From the NCBI GenBank assembly GCA_040755855.1, contig JBFMAD010000003.1:160001-224000 (forward strand): a stretch of DNA of 64,000 nucleotides, written 5' to 3'. The notes under the pieces are model-generated. The model was not told where the DNA came from. It was given only the letters and a program-made list of their open reading frames with translations, and ran no database searches. This document shows positions 1-9,421 of the stretch, in pieces. How positions within the stretch are numbered: position 1 is the first letter of the stretch; every line of letters begins with the position of its first letter. The stretch is from Planctomycetota bacterium. GTDB lineage: Bacteria; Planctomycetota; Brocadiia; JAADGH01. A program made the translations under genes and the position numbers.

Positions 1-251
1 TCACCCCTCATTTCACCATGCCGCAGATGATGAAACTTGCCGGGGTTGGGACCCCCGAGACGCGGGCGGCCGTCGGCGTGCTCCGCAAAATTTGCGAAGA
101 GAAGAAAGTCGCCCTCGCCGACGCCTCGAAGCGCTGGGAGCATCTGGCCGCCGAGGGCATCCCGTACTATACGTATCTGCGAAACGGCATCAACCACCCG
201 AACGATGCGGGACACCAGTTGTTCGTGGACGAGCTGATGAGATTGTTCTGA
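1..251 (+). CDS. SGNH/GDSL-type hydrolase, C-terminal fragment (gene starts left of window)
   Basis: Frame is open to the window edge (TPHFTMPQ...). C-terminal NGINHPNDAGH resembles SGNH block V (DxxHPxxxGH). Confidence 0.7.
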   Translation, partial: TPHFTMPQMMKLAGVGTPETRAAVGVLRKICEEKKVALADASKRWEHLAAEGIPYYTYLRNGINHPNDAGHQLFVDELMRLF

Positions 252-326
252 TGTAAGCCGGTGTCGGGCCAGGCTACCCGCACTGGGTAGGAGGAATGGC
301 TGTCCGTGCAATCTGGAGTATGATCC

Positions 327-851
327 ATGCAGATCATCAAGAGCTCAAGGCACCAAAAGATCATTGGCGAGTTCGGCGAACATGTGATATGCAATTGGCT
401 GTCGCGTTCCGGGTTTGAGGTCACGCGGGTGGACCATACGGGGATCGATATTCTTGCGTACAATCCATCCACTCGCAAGCGCCTTGGCCTCACAGTCAAG
501 TCCAGAACGCGGAATCTCGGCAAAGAGCAGACCAAGGTGAACGTCCTGTCATACCAAAAGGGGAAGAATGATCGGAAAAAGCTCTTGGATGCCTGCAAAT
601 CTTTTGCATGCACACCATGGGTAGGAATCTATGTTGAGACTGCTGATTCTGCGGACGTTTACCTCACGAGTCTGGAGAATTACGACCGGAAATACCGTGG
701 AAAACAAGGCAAATCGCTCGATTGCTGGAACATGAAAGAGTCCGACAGGGAACGGTACGCGCGTGATCCCAATGTCATGCACGTCGGTGTTACCTTTCAT
801 GCCAGGAACTGGTTTGCGAGTGATCCTGAATCTGGTACAAAGTGCCCGTAG
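327..851 (+). CDS. Stand-alone PD-(D/E)XK nuclease-superfamily protein
   Basis: GEFGEHVICNWL...GIDILAY...GLTVKSR gives the E...D...xVK pattern of restriction-endonuclease-like folds. Visibly more AT-rich than neighbours. Confidence 0.65.
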   Translation: MQIIKSSRHQKIIGEFGEHVICNWLSRSGFEVTRVDHTGIDILAYNPSTRKRLGLTVKSRTRNLGKEQTKVNVLSYQKGKNDRKKLLDACKSFACTPWVGIYVETADSADVYLTSLENYDRKYRGKQGKSLDCWNMKESDRERYARDPNVMHVGVTFHARNWFASDPESGTKCP

Positions 852-908
852 GAATGGCGTATCCAGTTTGAGCAGGTCGTACAGCAGTGTCAAACAGGGA
901 GTTCCATC

Positions 909-1907
909 ATGAAATCAGGAATTGAAAACCAATCTATCCGGGGCGAACCGTTGCCTAACATCCCCTGGGAGGAGCGACCGAAGGGATGCAAGGATGTGGC
1001 GTGGCGGTCAAGCCGGAATCCCGTCATCCCTCGCGATGCGGTCCCGACATCGAACAGCATCTTCAACAGCGCCGTCGTGCCGTTCGAGAAGGGGTACGCG
1101 GGCGTCTTCCGATGTGACGACCGCTCCCGCCAGATGCAGCTCCATGTGGGTCGAAGCAAGGATGGGATCAAGTGGGAGATCGAGCCGAAACGAATCCAGT
1201 TCCTCTGCGACGACCCGGAGATCGGGAAATTCCAATACGGCTACGATCCGCGCGTCTGCTGGATTGAGGACCGCTACTATGTGACCTGGTGCAACGGCTA
1301 TCACGGTCCCACCATCGGCATCGCCCACACGAACGATTTTGTGAAATTTCACCAACTCGAAAATGCCTTTCTGCCTTACAATCGCAACGGGGTCATGTTC
1401 CCTCGGAAAATCAACGGCAAGTACGCCATGCTCAGCCGCCCGAGCGACCGGGGGCACACCCCCTTCGGCGATATTTACTATAGCGAAAGTCCCGACCTGT
1501 GCCATTGGGGCCGGCACCGCTTTGTCATGGGCACGGCGGGCGGGTGGCAGAGCACCAAGATCGGCGCCGGGCCGATCCCCATCGAGACGGAGGAGGGTTG
1601 GCTGCTGATCTACCACGGCGTCTTAACCTCTTGTAATGGCTTTGTTTACAGCTACGGCGCAGCGTTGTTGGACCTTGACCGGCCGTGGAAGGTGATCCAT
1701 CGCGCCAGGCCCTACCTCATGTCGCCGCAGATGCTCTACGAGTGCATGGGCGACGTGCCGAACGTCGTCTTCCCCTGCGCCGCGCTCACTGACGCGCCGA
1801 CCGGCCGCATCACGATCTACTACGGCGCGGCAGATACGGTGACGTGCATGGCGCACACGCAGGTGGACGATCTGATCGAATTCATCAAGACAAATCGAAT
1901 GGCATGA
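909..1907 (+). CDS. GH130 beta-mannoside phosphorylase (GH130_2-like)
   Basis: Motifs [44 protein letters not shown]. Confidence 0.92.
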   Translation: MKSGIENQSIRGEPLPNIPWEERPKGCKDVAWRSSRNPVIPRDAVPTSNSIFNSAVVPFEKGYAGVFRCDDRSRQMQLHVGRSKDGIKWEIEPKRIQFLCDDPEIGKFQYGYDPRVCWIEDRYYVTWCNGYHGPTIGIAHTNDFVKFHQLENAFLPYNRNGVMFPRKINGKYAMLSRPSDRGHTPFGDIYYSESPDLCHWGRHRFVMGTAGGWQSTKIGAGPIPIETEEGWLLIYHGVLTSCNGFVYSYGAALLDLDRPWKVIHRARPYLMSPQMLYECMGDVPNVVFPCAALTDAPTGRITIYYGAADTVTCMAHTQVDDLIEFIKTNRMA

Positions 1908-1929
1908 GCAACAAGTCTTCAATGCGGAG

Positions 1930-4900
1930 ATGGCCATGAAACTGAGCAGGATTGTTTTGGCCGCACTGATTGTGTCGGGGGCAAACGCTGTCCTGGCATT
2001 CAACGGCCACATCGTCACGGAAGGTCCGTTGACACTGACCATCGGACCCATCGAGGAGGTGACCGATTATGACGCGCCGCGCGACGTGGAGGTAAGCCTG
2101 AAGAACAGCAGCGACTTCCCGCTGAAGATCCGATTGCAGATGCGCAATCTGGTTGACGAGTGGCGCGCGGTGGGCAACGCCGAGGCGACGGTGGACGCCA
2201 AACCGAACGAAGAGTCGAAGACCACGTTCCGTATCGCCGCCGGCGAGGGCGCCTGCTCGGCACTGTATCCGGTCCATGTCTATGCTACGTTCGAGCACGA
2301 AGGCAAAGAGATCGTCGCCCACGCCGTCCAAGTCTTCGAGTCGAACTTCAAGAAAGAAGTCGCCGCCTCGACAAAGCCGGCGGAGATGGAGACCGCCATC
2401 GTTCCCGGCCACGGCGCCCTGCCTCTCTACCCATTGCGCAGCCATCGGGTGACATGGTGTTACTACGACAAGCCGCTTGTGTACATGCCCGTCGGCTGGC
2501 AGGGTTCTGCGCCGGATTCGCGGGCGAACTTCGCGCGGCAGCCCGTCGCCCGCGGCGTGACAAAGCCCGCCTTGCAGATGCATCCCCCCTGGCAGCCGGG
2601 CGGCGGATCAATCTTTGCCGAGTATCGGGTCAAGCTGCCCGATGAGAAACCGATTAAGCTCCTCTTCGCCAACGCCATCCGCGACAGCGCGCCGACAGAG
2701 CCGAAGAGCGACGGCGTCACATTTAGTGTATGGATCGGCGATGAAAAGGTGTTTGATCGCCATAGCGATAGCAAGGTCTGGCTCGACGGCGAGGCGGACC
2801 TGAGCAAGTTCGCGGGCAAGGAGGTCCTCCTGCGCCTGGAGAGCCACCCCGGGCCGAACCGCAACACCACCTGTGACTCCTGCTATTGGGGCGAGCCGGT
2901 CGTCGTCGCGGGCGAGCCGCCGGCCCAGCTTACCGATGAGCAACGCGCCACGCTGCGCGAGCGAGCCCGGAAGGCAGTTGGGGCGACGAAAGGGGCAGGT
3001 GACGACGAGCTGGTGTTTGCTCTGGAGGACGGCTGCGTTGCGGCCATCGTCCTCGGCGTCAAGGGCCTCGCCGACGCGGCCATCGCCTTCGGGAAGGAAA
3101 ATCAGTCGGTTGTGTTCGACGGGTTGTCCATCGAAGTGCTTCAACACAAGGTCGGGCAGTGGCCGTCGCAGATCGCCCTTCGGGAAGTGAAAGTGGATAA
3201 GCCCTGGTTATTCGGAAATGCGAAAATCACGCATCGCGTCCAGTTGGGAGACGAACGGTTTGACGTAACGGCGGAGTTGTGGCAAGAGAAGGCCGGCCTG
3301 CGCGTCAGAGTGACCTCTCCGAAGCGGATCACGGACATCGCCCTCGGCCCGGCCGACCGCAAGGCGCCGAAGGTCTACTACGGCCATGGGTATTGCATCG
3401 TCGAGCCGGAGGCGTTCAGCGCCGGTTTTGGCGGGCACAATCTCGCCACCAGTCACGTGGGGTTCGAGTTCGAGAACGGCGTCTCTCTACTCACCGCTTG
3501 CGACAGCCCACCGGACCGCCTCGAAGTGAATCCGGATCAGAATATCTATGCGCTGCACACGCATATGGATACGATGTTTACCTTCGTGCCGAGCGTCAAG
3601 AGCGCCCTGGACTGCGCGATCAAATACCGCCCGATGTATGACAAGAAGGCGGCCGGCGGCGTGAAGCGCAAGGCGGGGCGGTTTGTTTTCGACATCTGGG
3701 GCGGGCGGTATGCCGAGATCGCGGAGCGGATGCAGCGGGCAATTGACTACGGCCTGACGGACTCGCTGCTGACCGTGCACAACTGGCAGCGATGGGGGTA
3801 CGACTACCGCCTGCCGGATATCTATCCGCCCAACCCGCAGTTCGGTTCGCTCAAGGACATGCAGAAGATTGCGGAGGTCTGCAAGAAGCACGACATCCCA
3901 TGGGGGCTGCATGACAACTACATTGACTTTTATCCCGACGCTGAGGAGTACACCTACAACCATATCTGCTTCACCGAAGGCGGCGGCCAGCCCATCAAGG
4001 CATGGATCAACGAGGGCCGCGATGCACAGAGCTACCGGTGGCGGCCGGACTGCATCATGCCTTTCGTGAAGAGAAATCTGAAACTCGTCAAGCCGAACCT
4101 GGGGCCATCGCACTACTTCATTGACGTATTCACGTCGGCGAAGTGCTTTGATTTCTATGACCGGGCGGGAGATTTCCATCCGAGCACCGAGACGCGGAAA
4201 TGCTGGGGCGAGGCCTTCGCCTGGATTCGGGACTATCTCGGCGGCAACGCCCCCACTACCTCCGAGGCCGGCCACGACCAGCTCATCGGCTACTTAGATG
4301 GGGCGGACTGCCAGCACCTGCAGCTCACGAGGGATACCCATCCTCCCGGCAAGCGGCACTGGTTCTACATCCGCCTCCTTCAGAAGGACTGGGAGCGTGT
4401 GCCGTGGTTCGATGCGGTACTCCACGACAAGTTCAGTCTGCATGGGGTTGGCTATAGCGGCAGGTATCAGGGGGACCGTTCGCGGCGCGACCACGGCATC
4501 GAGAGCGACGACTACATCAGCGCGGAGATTCTCTTCGGCCACGCCATGATGACCGACTCCGCCGCCTTCGGGCAGGGGGCGGTGCGGAAGTACTGGCTGG
4601 CCCAGGACTTCATCCACAGCATCGCGCTTGACGAGATCGTGGACGCGCAGTTTGTGGACAACGACATCCACCGGCAGATCGTGATATGGAAGTCGGGGGC
4701 GAAGGTGTGCGTCAACCGGTCCGAGAAGGACTGGACCATCGAGGGAAAGGTGCTGCCGCAGTACGGGTATTATGCGAAGAACGGCGAGATCGAGTCGAGC
4801 ATCGAGCGGATCGGCGGCGTGATCGTCGAGCAATCGCGAGGCCCATCGGGGTTCTATGTCAACGGTCGTGGATACGATACGGACGATCGCCTTCGGATTC

Positions 4901-5628
4901 AGCCGCTTGCAGATCGCGTGGAGTATCTGGGCGACCGGAAGTTCAAGCTGCTGGTCAACTGGCAGGCGGAGCGACCCGCGCCGAAGGACCTGCACATCTT
5001 TGTCCACTTCGACAGCCCCCAGGCCGAGAGCAAGGGCAAGATCGCCTTCCAGGGCGATCACACGCCGAAGCCGGGAACGAGCACGTGGAAGGGCCGCATC
5101 ACGACGGGGGCGGACAAGGTCGTCACGATCCCCGAGGGCCAAGGGCCGGGCGAGTATCAGATCACGACCGGCCTGTGGGAGCCGGGGGGTAAACGGTATG
5201 GCCTTCGCGGCGACGACACGGGCGGAAGCCGCTATCTCCTGGGCAAGTTGATCGTGGAGGGAGAAGGGACAAGTATCAAGGGGGTCCGTCTCGTCAAGCA
5301 CGAGCCAAAACCTGAGCCGCCTCCGCGCCGCAATGTGGACAAGAAATCCATCAACTTCGGACCTGTGACATCGTGCGGGGCGTTCCGGTGGACGGTGAAG
5401 GAGGACATGATCATCCTCACCCCCCTGCCGGATATGGATCCTTTCGATGTGACGCTCATGCTCGACAAGATAACCGGCGGCAGGGACATGCGTGCGCAAT
5501 CGGTCACGGCGGTGGATGCATCCGGGAAGCAGACCCGGCCCCTTCAACCACAACAGACAGGCACTGCGCTAATGTTCCGGACGGTCAAGGGCGATTTCGC
5601 GTATCAGATCGTGCTCATAGGAAACTGA
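1930..5628 (+). CDS. Large secreted glycoside-hydrolase-like protein (DUF5696/GH101-GH129-like TIM barrel plus beta-sandwich modules)
   Basis: Signal peptide. WQRWGYD, HDNYIDFYPD, YFIDVF and TSE motifs recall the GH101/GH129 core. Confidence 0.6.
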   Translation: MAMKLSRIVLAALIVSGANAVLAFNGHIVTEGPLTLTIGPIEEVTDYDAPRDVEVSLKNSSDFPLKIRLQMRNLVDEWRAVGNAEATVDAKPNEESKTTFRIAAGEGACSALYPVHVYATFEHEGKEIVAHAVQVFESNFKKEVAASTKPAEMETAIVPGHGALPLYPLRSHRVTWCYYDKPLVYMPVGWQGSAPDSRANFARQPVARGVTKPALQMHPPWQPGGGSIFAEYRVKLPDEKPIKLLFANAIRDSAPTEPKSDGVTFSVWIGDEKVFDRHSDSKVWLDGEADLSKFAGKEVLLRLESHPGPNRNTTCDSCYWGEPVVVAGEPPAQLTDEQRATLRERARKAVGATKGAGDDELVFALEDGCVAAIVLGVKGLADAAIAFGKENQSVVFDGLSIEVLQHKVGQWPSQIALREVKVDKPWLFGNAKITHRVQLGDERFDVTAELWQEKAGLRVRVTSPKRITDIALGPADRKAPKVYYGHGYCIVEPEAFSAGFGGHNLATSHVGFEFENGVSLLTACDSPPDRLEVNPDQNIYALHTHMDTMFTFVPSVKSALDCAIKYRPMYDKKAAGGVKRKAGRFVFDIWGGRYAEIAERMQRAIDYGLTDSLLTVHNWQRWGYDYRLPDIYPPNPQFGSLKDMQKIAEVCKKHDIPWGLHDNYIDFYPDAEEYTYNHICFTEGGGQPIKAWINEGRDAQSYRWRPDCIMPFVKRNLKLVKPNLGPSHYFIDVFTSAKCFDFYDRAGDFHPSTETRKCWGEAFAWIRDYLGGNAPTTSEAGHDQLIGYLDGADCQHLQLTRDTHPPGKRHWFYIRLLQKDWERVPWFDAVLHDKFSLHGVGYSGRYQGDRSRRDHGIESDDYISAEILFGHAMMTDSAAFGQGAVRKYWLAQDFIHSIALDEIVDAQFVDNDIHRQIVIWKSGAKVCVNRSEKDWTIEGKVLPQYGYYAKNGEIESSIERIGGVIVEQSRGPSGFYVNGRGYDTDDRLRIQPLADRVEYLGDRKFKLLVNWQAERPAPKDLHIFVHFDSPQAESKGKIAFQGDHTPKPGTSTWKGRITTGADKVVTIPEGQGPGEYQITTGLWEPGGKRYGLRGDDTGGSRYLLGKLIVEGEGTSIKGVRLVKHEPKPEPPPRRNVDKKSINFGPVTSCGAFRWTVKEDMIILTPLPDMDPFDVTLMLDKITGGRDMRAQSVTAVDASGKQTRPLQPQQTGTALMFRTVKGDFAYQIVLIGN

Positions 5629-5635
5629 CGGGCCG

Positions 5636-5660
5636 ACACGGGGGTGCCCCCTTGTTTTTT
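5636..5660 (+). terminator. Possible intrinsic terminator
   Basis: ACACGGGG-GTGC-CCCCTTGT hairpin followed by a T-tract just after the stop at 5628. Confidence 0.5.
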
Positions 5661-5730
5661 GCGGCGAGAGCGGTTATCTTATATATAAGTTTGTGTCCAG
5701 AGCAGCGGATATAGAAGGAGGAAGGCAAGC

Positions 5731-6189
5731 GTGATCAAAATCGAACGAATTCTGTTTCCGACGGATTTTTCCGCGTGCTCCGAGCATGCCCTGAAGTATG
5801 CGCTTGAGCTTGCAAGACGGTTCGAGGCCAAGCTGTATCTTCTGCACGTACTGGACACTCGAATCTATGGCCATCTGGAGCCATTTGCGAACACCGTATG
5901 GTCAATCTACGACGCCAAAGAGCAGGCGGCGAAGAGCATAGCGGAGATTATTCCCGAGAAGGAGCGAAAGGCCCTCCAGGTGGAGAGCCTGGTCCGTGAG
6001 GGGACGCCCTTTGTGGAGATCATCAAATTCGCCAAGGAGGCGGAAATTGATTTGATTGTTATTGGAACTCACGGGCGAACGGGGTTGACTCACATGCTCA
6101 TGGGCAGCGTTGCCGAAAAGGTGGTTCGGAAGGCGCCGTGTCCCGTCCTGACAATCCGCCCCGACAACGTGGATTTCGTGATGCCGTAA
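5731..6189 (+). CDS. uspA: Universal stress protein (UspA family)
   Basis: ILFPTDFS; DLIVIGTHGRTG...MGSVAEKVVRKAPCPVL. GTG start with GGAGG RBS. Confidence 0.95.
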   Translation: MIKIERILFPTDFSACSEHALKYALELARRFEAKLYLLHVLDTRIYGHLEPFANTVWSIYDAKEQAAKSIAEIIPEKERKALQVESLVREGTPFVEIIKFAKEAEIDLIVIGTHGRTGLTHMLMGSVAEKVVRKAPCPVLTIRPDNVDFVMP

Positions 6190-6239
6190 TCGCCGCGACC
6201 GTCTGCGGCGATGGACACACTGGGATATGGATGTGAATC

Positions 6240-8336
6240 ATGCTTGATAATTTCTTCCTGCCCCGTTCGGTGGCCGTGATCGGGGCATCGCGGGAGAAGG
6301 GCAAGGTCGGCCACGATATACTGAAGAATCTCGTCGAGAGCAGCTACACCGGAAAGATCTTTCCCATCAATCCCAAGGCAAGGGAAATCCTTGGGTTGGA
6401 AACCTATGCCAGCGCGCTGGAAACGCCGGACGACATTGATCTGGCGGTGGTGGTCATTCCGCCGAAGTTTGTCCTGCCCACGCTGGACGAGATGGGGAAG
6501 AAGCGAGTCCCCGCTGCCATCATCATCACCGCCGGGTTTAAAGAAAGCGGCGTGGAGGGCGGCGCCCTCGAACGGGAAGTCGCCAGGAAGTGCAAGGCCC
6601 ACGGAATCCGCGTGATGGGGCCGAACTGTCTGGGCCTGATCAACACGGCCATCGGCCTGAACGCGTCGTTTGCGCCGGCGACGCCGTCGCGGGGGAATAT
6701 CGCCTTCTTCTCCCAGTCCGGAGCACTGTGCACGGCCATTCTCGACTGGGCGCTTGGGGCGGACATTGGCTTCTCGAAATTCGTCAGCCTCGGCAATAAG
6801 ATGGACGTGGACGAGGTGGATCTGCTCCGATCCCTCGCCGACGACAAGGAAACGGAGGTTATCCTCGGCTATGTCGAGGGGGTGAAGGACGGCGTGGAGT
6901 TCATGCGTGTGGCCGAGGCCGTGTCGAGGAAAAAACCGATTATCATTGCCAAGTCCGGAGGCACTGCGGCCGGCGCGAAGGCGGCGTCCTCGCATACGGG
7001 GTCGCTGGCAGGGTCGGAAACGGCCTTCACCGCCGCGTTTCGCCAGTCGGGAATTATTCGGGCAAAAAGCATTCAGGACCTGTTCGACTACGCACTGGGG
7101 TTCGCCTACCAGGGCGCGCCGAAGGGGCCTCGCGTCTCTCTGATCACCAACGCGGGCGGGCCGGGCATCATCGCCGCCGACGCCGTCGAGCGTTCCGGTT
7201 TGCGTATGGCGGAGCTCCAGAAGGAGACCATTGACAAACTGCGTGGAGGATTACCCCCCACCGCCGCGCTCTACAACCCTGTGGATGTGATCGGCGACGC
7301 CAAGGCGGATCGCTACGAGATCGCCCTCCGCGCCGTGCTGGAGGATGAACATGTGGACTGCGTTGTCGTCATCCTAACGCCGCAGGCCATGACCGAAGTG
7401 GAGGAGACGGCGCGAGTCGTGGCGCGGCTGGCGGCAGAAACGGAGAAGCCGGTCGTAACCACATTCATCGGCGGCCCGACAATGGATAAGGCCGAGAAGG
7501 TGCTGAACGAGGCGCATGTACCGAACTACGCCTTTCCCGAGAACGCCGTCTCGGCGCTGGATGCATCGTACCGTTATTGTCAGTGGCGCTCCATGCCGCG
7601 GACCAAGCCGCAGCCGCTTGAGGCAAACCAGGGGAAGGTCGCGGACTTCCTCGCCGCGGCGCGCCAAACCAAACGCTTCGAACTTGGGGAATCGGATGCG
7701 CGCGAGATCATTGCGGCCTATGGGTTCCGGGTTCCCAAGAGCATCATTGCCGGCACGCGCGAGGAGGCCGTTGCAGCGGCGAAGGAGGTCGGCTATCCTT
7801 TGGTCATGAAGATAGCCTCCCCGGACATCCTGCACAAGTCCGACATCGGCGGCGTGCGGGTGGGAGTGGCAGACGATGAGGAAGTGGTTCGCACATTCGG
7901 GCAGATGTACGAGAATGCGCGCCATCGCATGCCCGAAGCGGAGATTTATGGCATTGCCATGCAGGAGATGATCCGTGGAGGCAAGGAAGTCATCCTCGGC
8001 ATGAAGCGCGACAGTCAGTTCGGCCCCATGCTGATGTTCGGGCTGGGGGGCATTTATGTGGAAGTGCTGAAGGATGTTTCTTTCCGAATTGCGCCGATTA
8101 CTGTGGAAGATGCTGAGGATATGATCCGGGAGATTCGCTCGTATGCGCTCCTGCGGGGTGTGCGGGGGGAACAACCGGCAGACCTGGCTGCGGTCAGGGA
8201 ATCCTTGCTGCGCCTGTCGCAGCTGGTCACATCGAACCCGCAGATTATCGAGTTGGATATCAATCCCCTCGTCGTGTTCGCCGAGGGGGAGGGGGCCATC
8301 GCCATTGACGCGCGCCTGACCATAGAAGGAGAATAG
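6240..8336 (+). CDS. acdAB: Acetate/acyl-CoA ligase (ADP-forming), fused alpha-beta
   Basis: SVAVIGAS, GPNCLG, SQSGA, SHTGSLAG (phospho-His), NPVD, HKSDIGGV, ELDINPL ATP-grasp. No GNAT domain. Confidence 0.9.
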   Translation: MLDNFFLPRSVAVIGASREKGKVGHDILKNLVESSYTGKIFPINPKAREILGLETYASALETPDDIDLAVVVIPPKFVLPTLDEMGKKRVPAAIIITAGFKESGVEGGALEREVARKCKAHGIRVMGPNCLGLINTAIGLNASFAPATPSRGNIAFFSQSGALCTAILDWALGADIGFSKFVSLGNKMDVDEVDLLRSLADDKETEVILGYVEGVKDGVEFMRVAEAVSRKKPIIIAKSGGTAAGAKAASSHTGSLAGSETAFTAAFRQSGIIRAKSIQDLFDYALGFAYQGAPKGPRVSLITNAGGPGIIAADAVERSGLRMAELQKETIDKLRGGLPPTAALYNPVDVIGDAKADRYEIALRAVLEDEHVDCVVVILTPQAMTEVEETARVVARLAAETEKPVVTTFIGGPTMDKAEKVLNEAHVPNYAFPENAVSALDASYRYCQWRSMPRTKPQPLEANQGKVADFLAAARQTKRFELGESDAREIIAAYGFRVPKSIIAGTREEAVAAAKEVGYPLVMKIASPDILHKSDIGGVRVGVADDEEVVRTFGQMYENARHRMPEAEIYGIAMQEMIRGGKEVILGMKRDSQFGPMLMFGLGGIYVEVLKDVSFRIAPITVEDAEDMIREIRSYALLRGVRGEQPADLAAVRESLLRLSQLVTSNPQIIELDINPLVVFAEGEGAIAIDARLTIEGE

Positions 8337-8337
8337 G

Positions 8338-9408
8338 ATGATACCGCTCTTTGTCGGTTCGCTGTCGAGCTACGCAGGGAAAAACATGATCGGGCTGGGG
8401 CTAAGCCTGAAATTCAAGGACGATGGCTATCGGGTTGGATACTTCAAGCCCATCGGGGTCCAGCCGACGCGGGTGGAGAACGTCATTACAGACGAAGACA
8501 CGAAATTCTTCCGTGAGGCGCTGGACCTGACCGATCCGATGGAAAGTCTATGTCCCATTGTGCTGACCGAAAGCATCATCAACAAGGTGTTTTCAGGGAC
8601 GTTCACCGACGCCATGGCCAAGATCCGCAAGGCTTTTGATACTGTTTCAAAAGACAAGGACATTGTGCTCATCGGCGGTGTGGGCGACCTGGACCTGGGC
8701 ATGGCCATCAACGCCTCCGGCGCGCAGATCATCGAGGCGCTCGATGCGAAGGCGATCATGGTGACCAAGTTCCTGGACATGGTTTTCTGCACCGACCGCA
8801 GCCTGTCCACAAAGGAACACCTGGGCGATCGGCTGATTGGAATCGTCGTTAACCGGGCCACGCGACGGCAGAGTCAGATACTGGAGGACAAAATTGTTCC
8901 CTTCCTCGCCACGAGGGGCGTGGATATGCTGGGCGTCATCCGCGAGGACCCGCTTCTGGGCGCCGTGCCGGTCAGCGAATTGGTGGAGCGTCTGAACGCG
9001 AAGGTGCTTTGCGGGGGAGGGCATCTCGACGCCCTGGTGGAGCGCTTCAGCATCGGGGCCATGAACGTCGAGAGCGCGCTCCGCTTCTTCCAGCGCCAGC
9101 CGAACAAAGGGGTGATCGTCGGCGGGGATCGGCCCGACATTCAACTGGCCGCGCTGGAAACATCCACGCGCTGCCTCATTCTGACGGGCGACCTATATCC
9201 CAACGAGATCATCCTCGCGAAGGCGGAGGAGAAGGAGGTCCCGGTTCTCCTTGTGAAAAGCGACACCGCGATGACGGTTGAGGAATGCGAGGACTTGACC
9301 GGCCATCTCAGCCTTCGCAGCATGGAGAAAGTACGCCGGGTTTCCGAGGTGGTCAAGGAGAGTATCAACCTCGATCTCGTCTACGAGAAGCTCGGTCTCG
9401 ACAAGTAA
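8338..9408 (+). CDS. Phosphotransacetylase N-terminal-like protein (BioD-like + DRTGG)
   Basis: YAGKN P-loop-like, GYFKPIG, GGDRPDIQLAAL, CLILTG. No Pta catalytic domain. Confidence 0.88.
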   Translation: MIPLFVGSLSSYAGKNMIGLGLSLKFKDDGYRVGYFKPIGVQPTRVENVITDEDTKFFREALDLTDPMESLCPIVLTESIINKVFSGTFTDAMAKIRKAFDTVSKDKDIVLIGGVGDLDLGMAINASGAQIIEALDAKAIMVTKFLDMVFCTDRSLSTKEHLGDRLIGIVVNRATRRQSQILEDKIVPFLATRGVDMLGVIREDPLLGAVPVSELVERLNAKVLCGGGHLDALVERFSIGAMNVESALRFFQRQPNKGVIVGGDRPDIQLAALETSTRCLILTGDLYPNEIILAKAEEKEVPVLLVKSDTAMTVEECEDLTGHLSLRSMEKVRRVSEVVKESINLDLVYEKLGLDK

Positions 9409-9421
9409 GGAATATGGGTTC

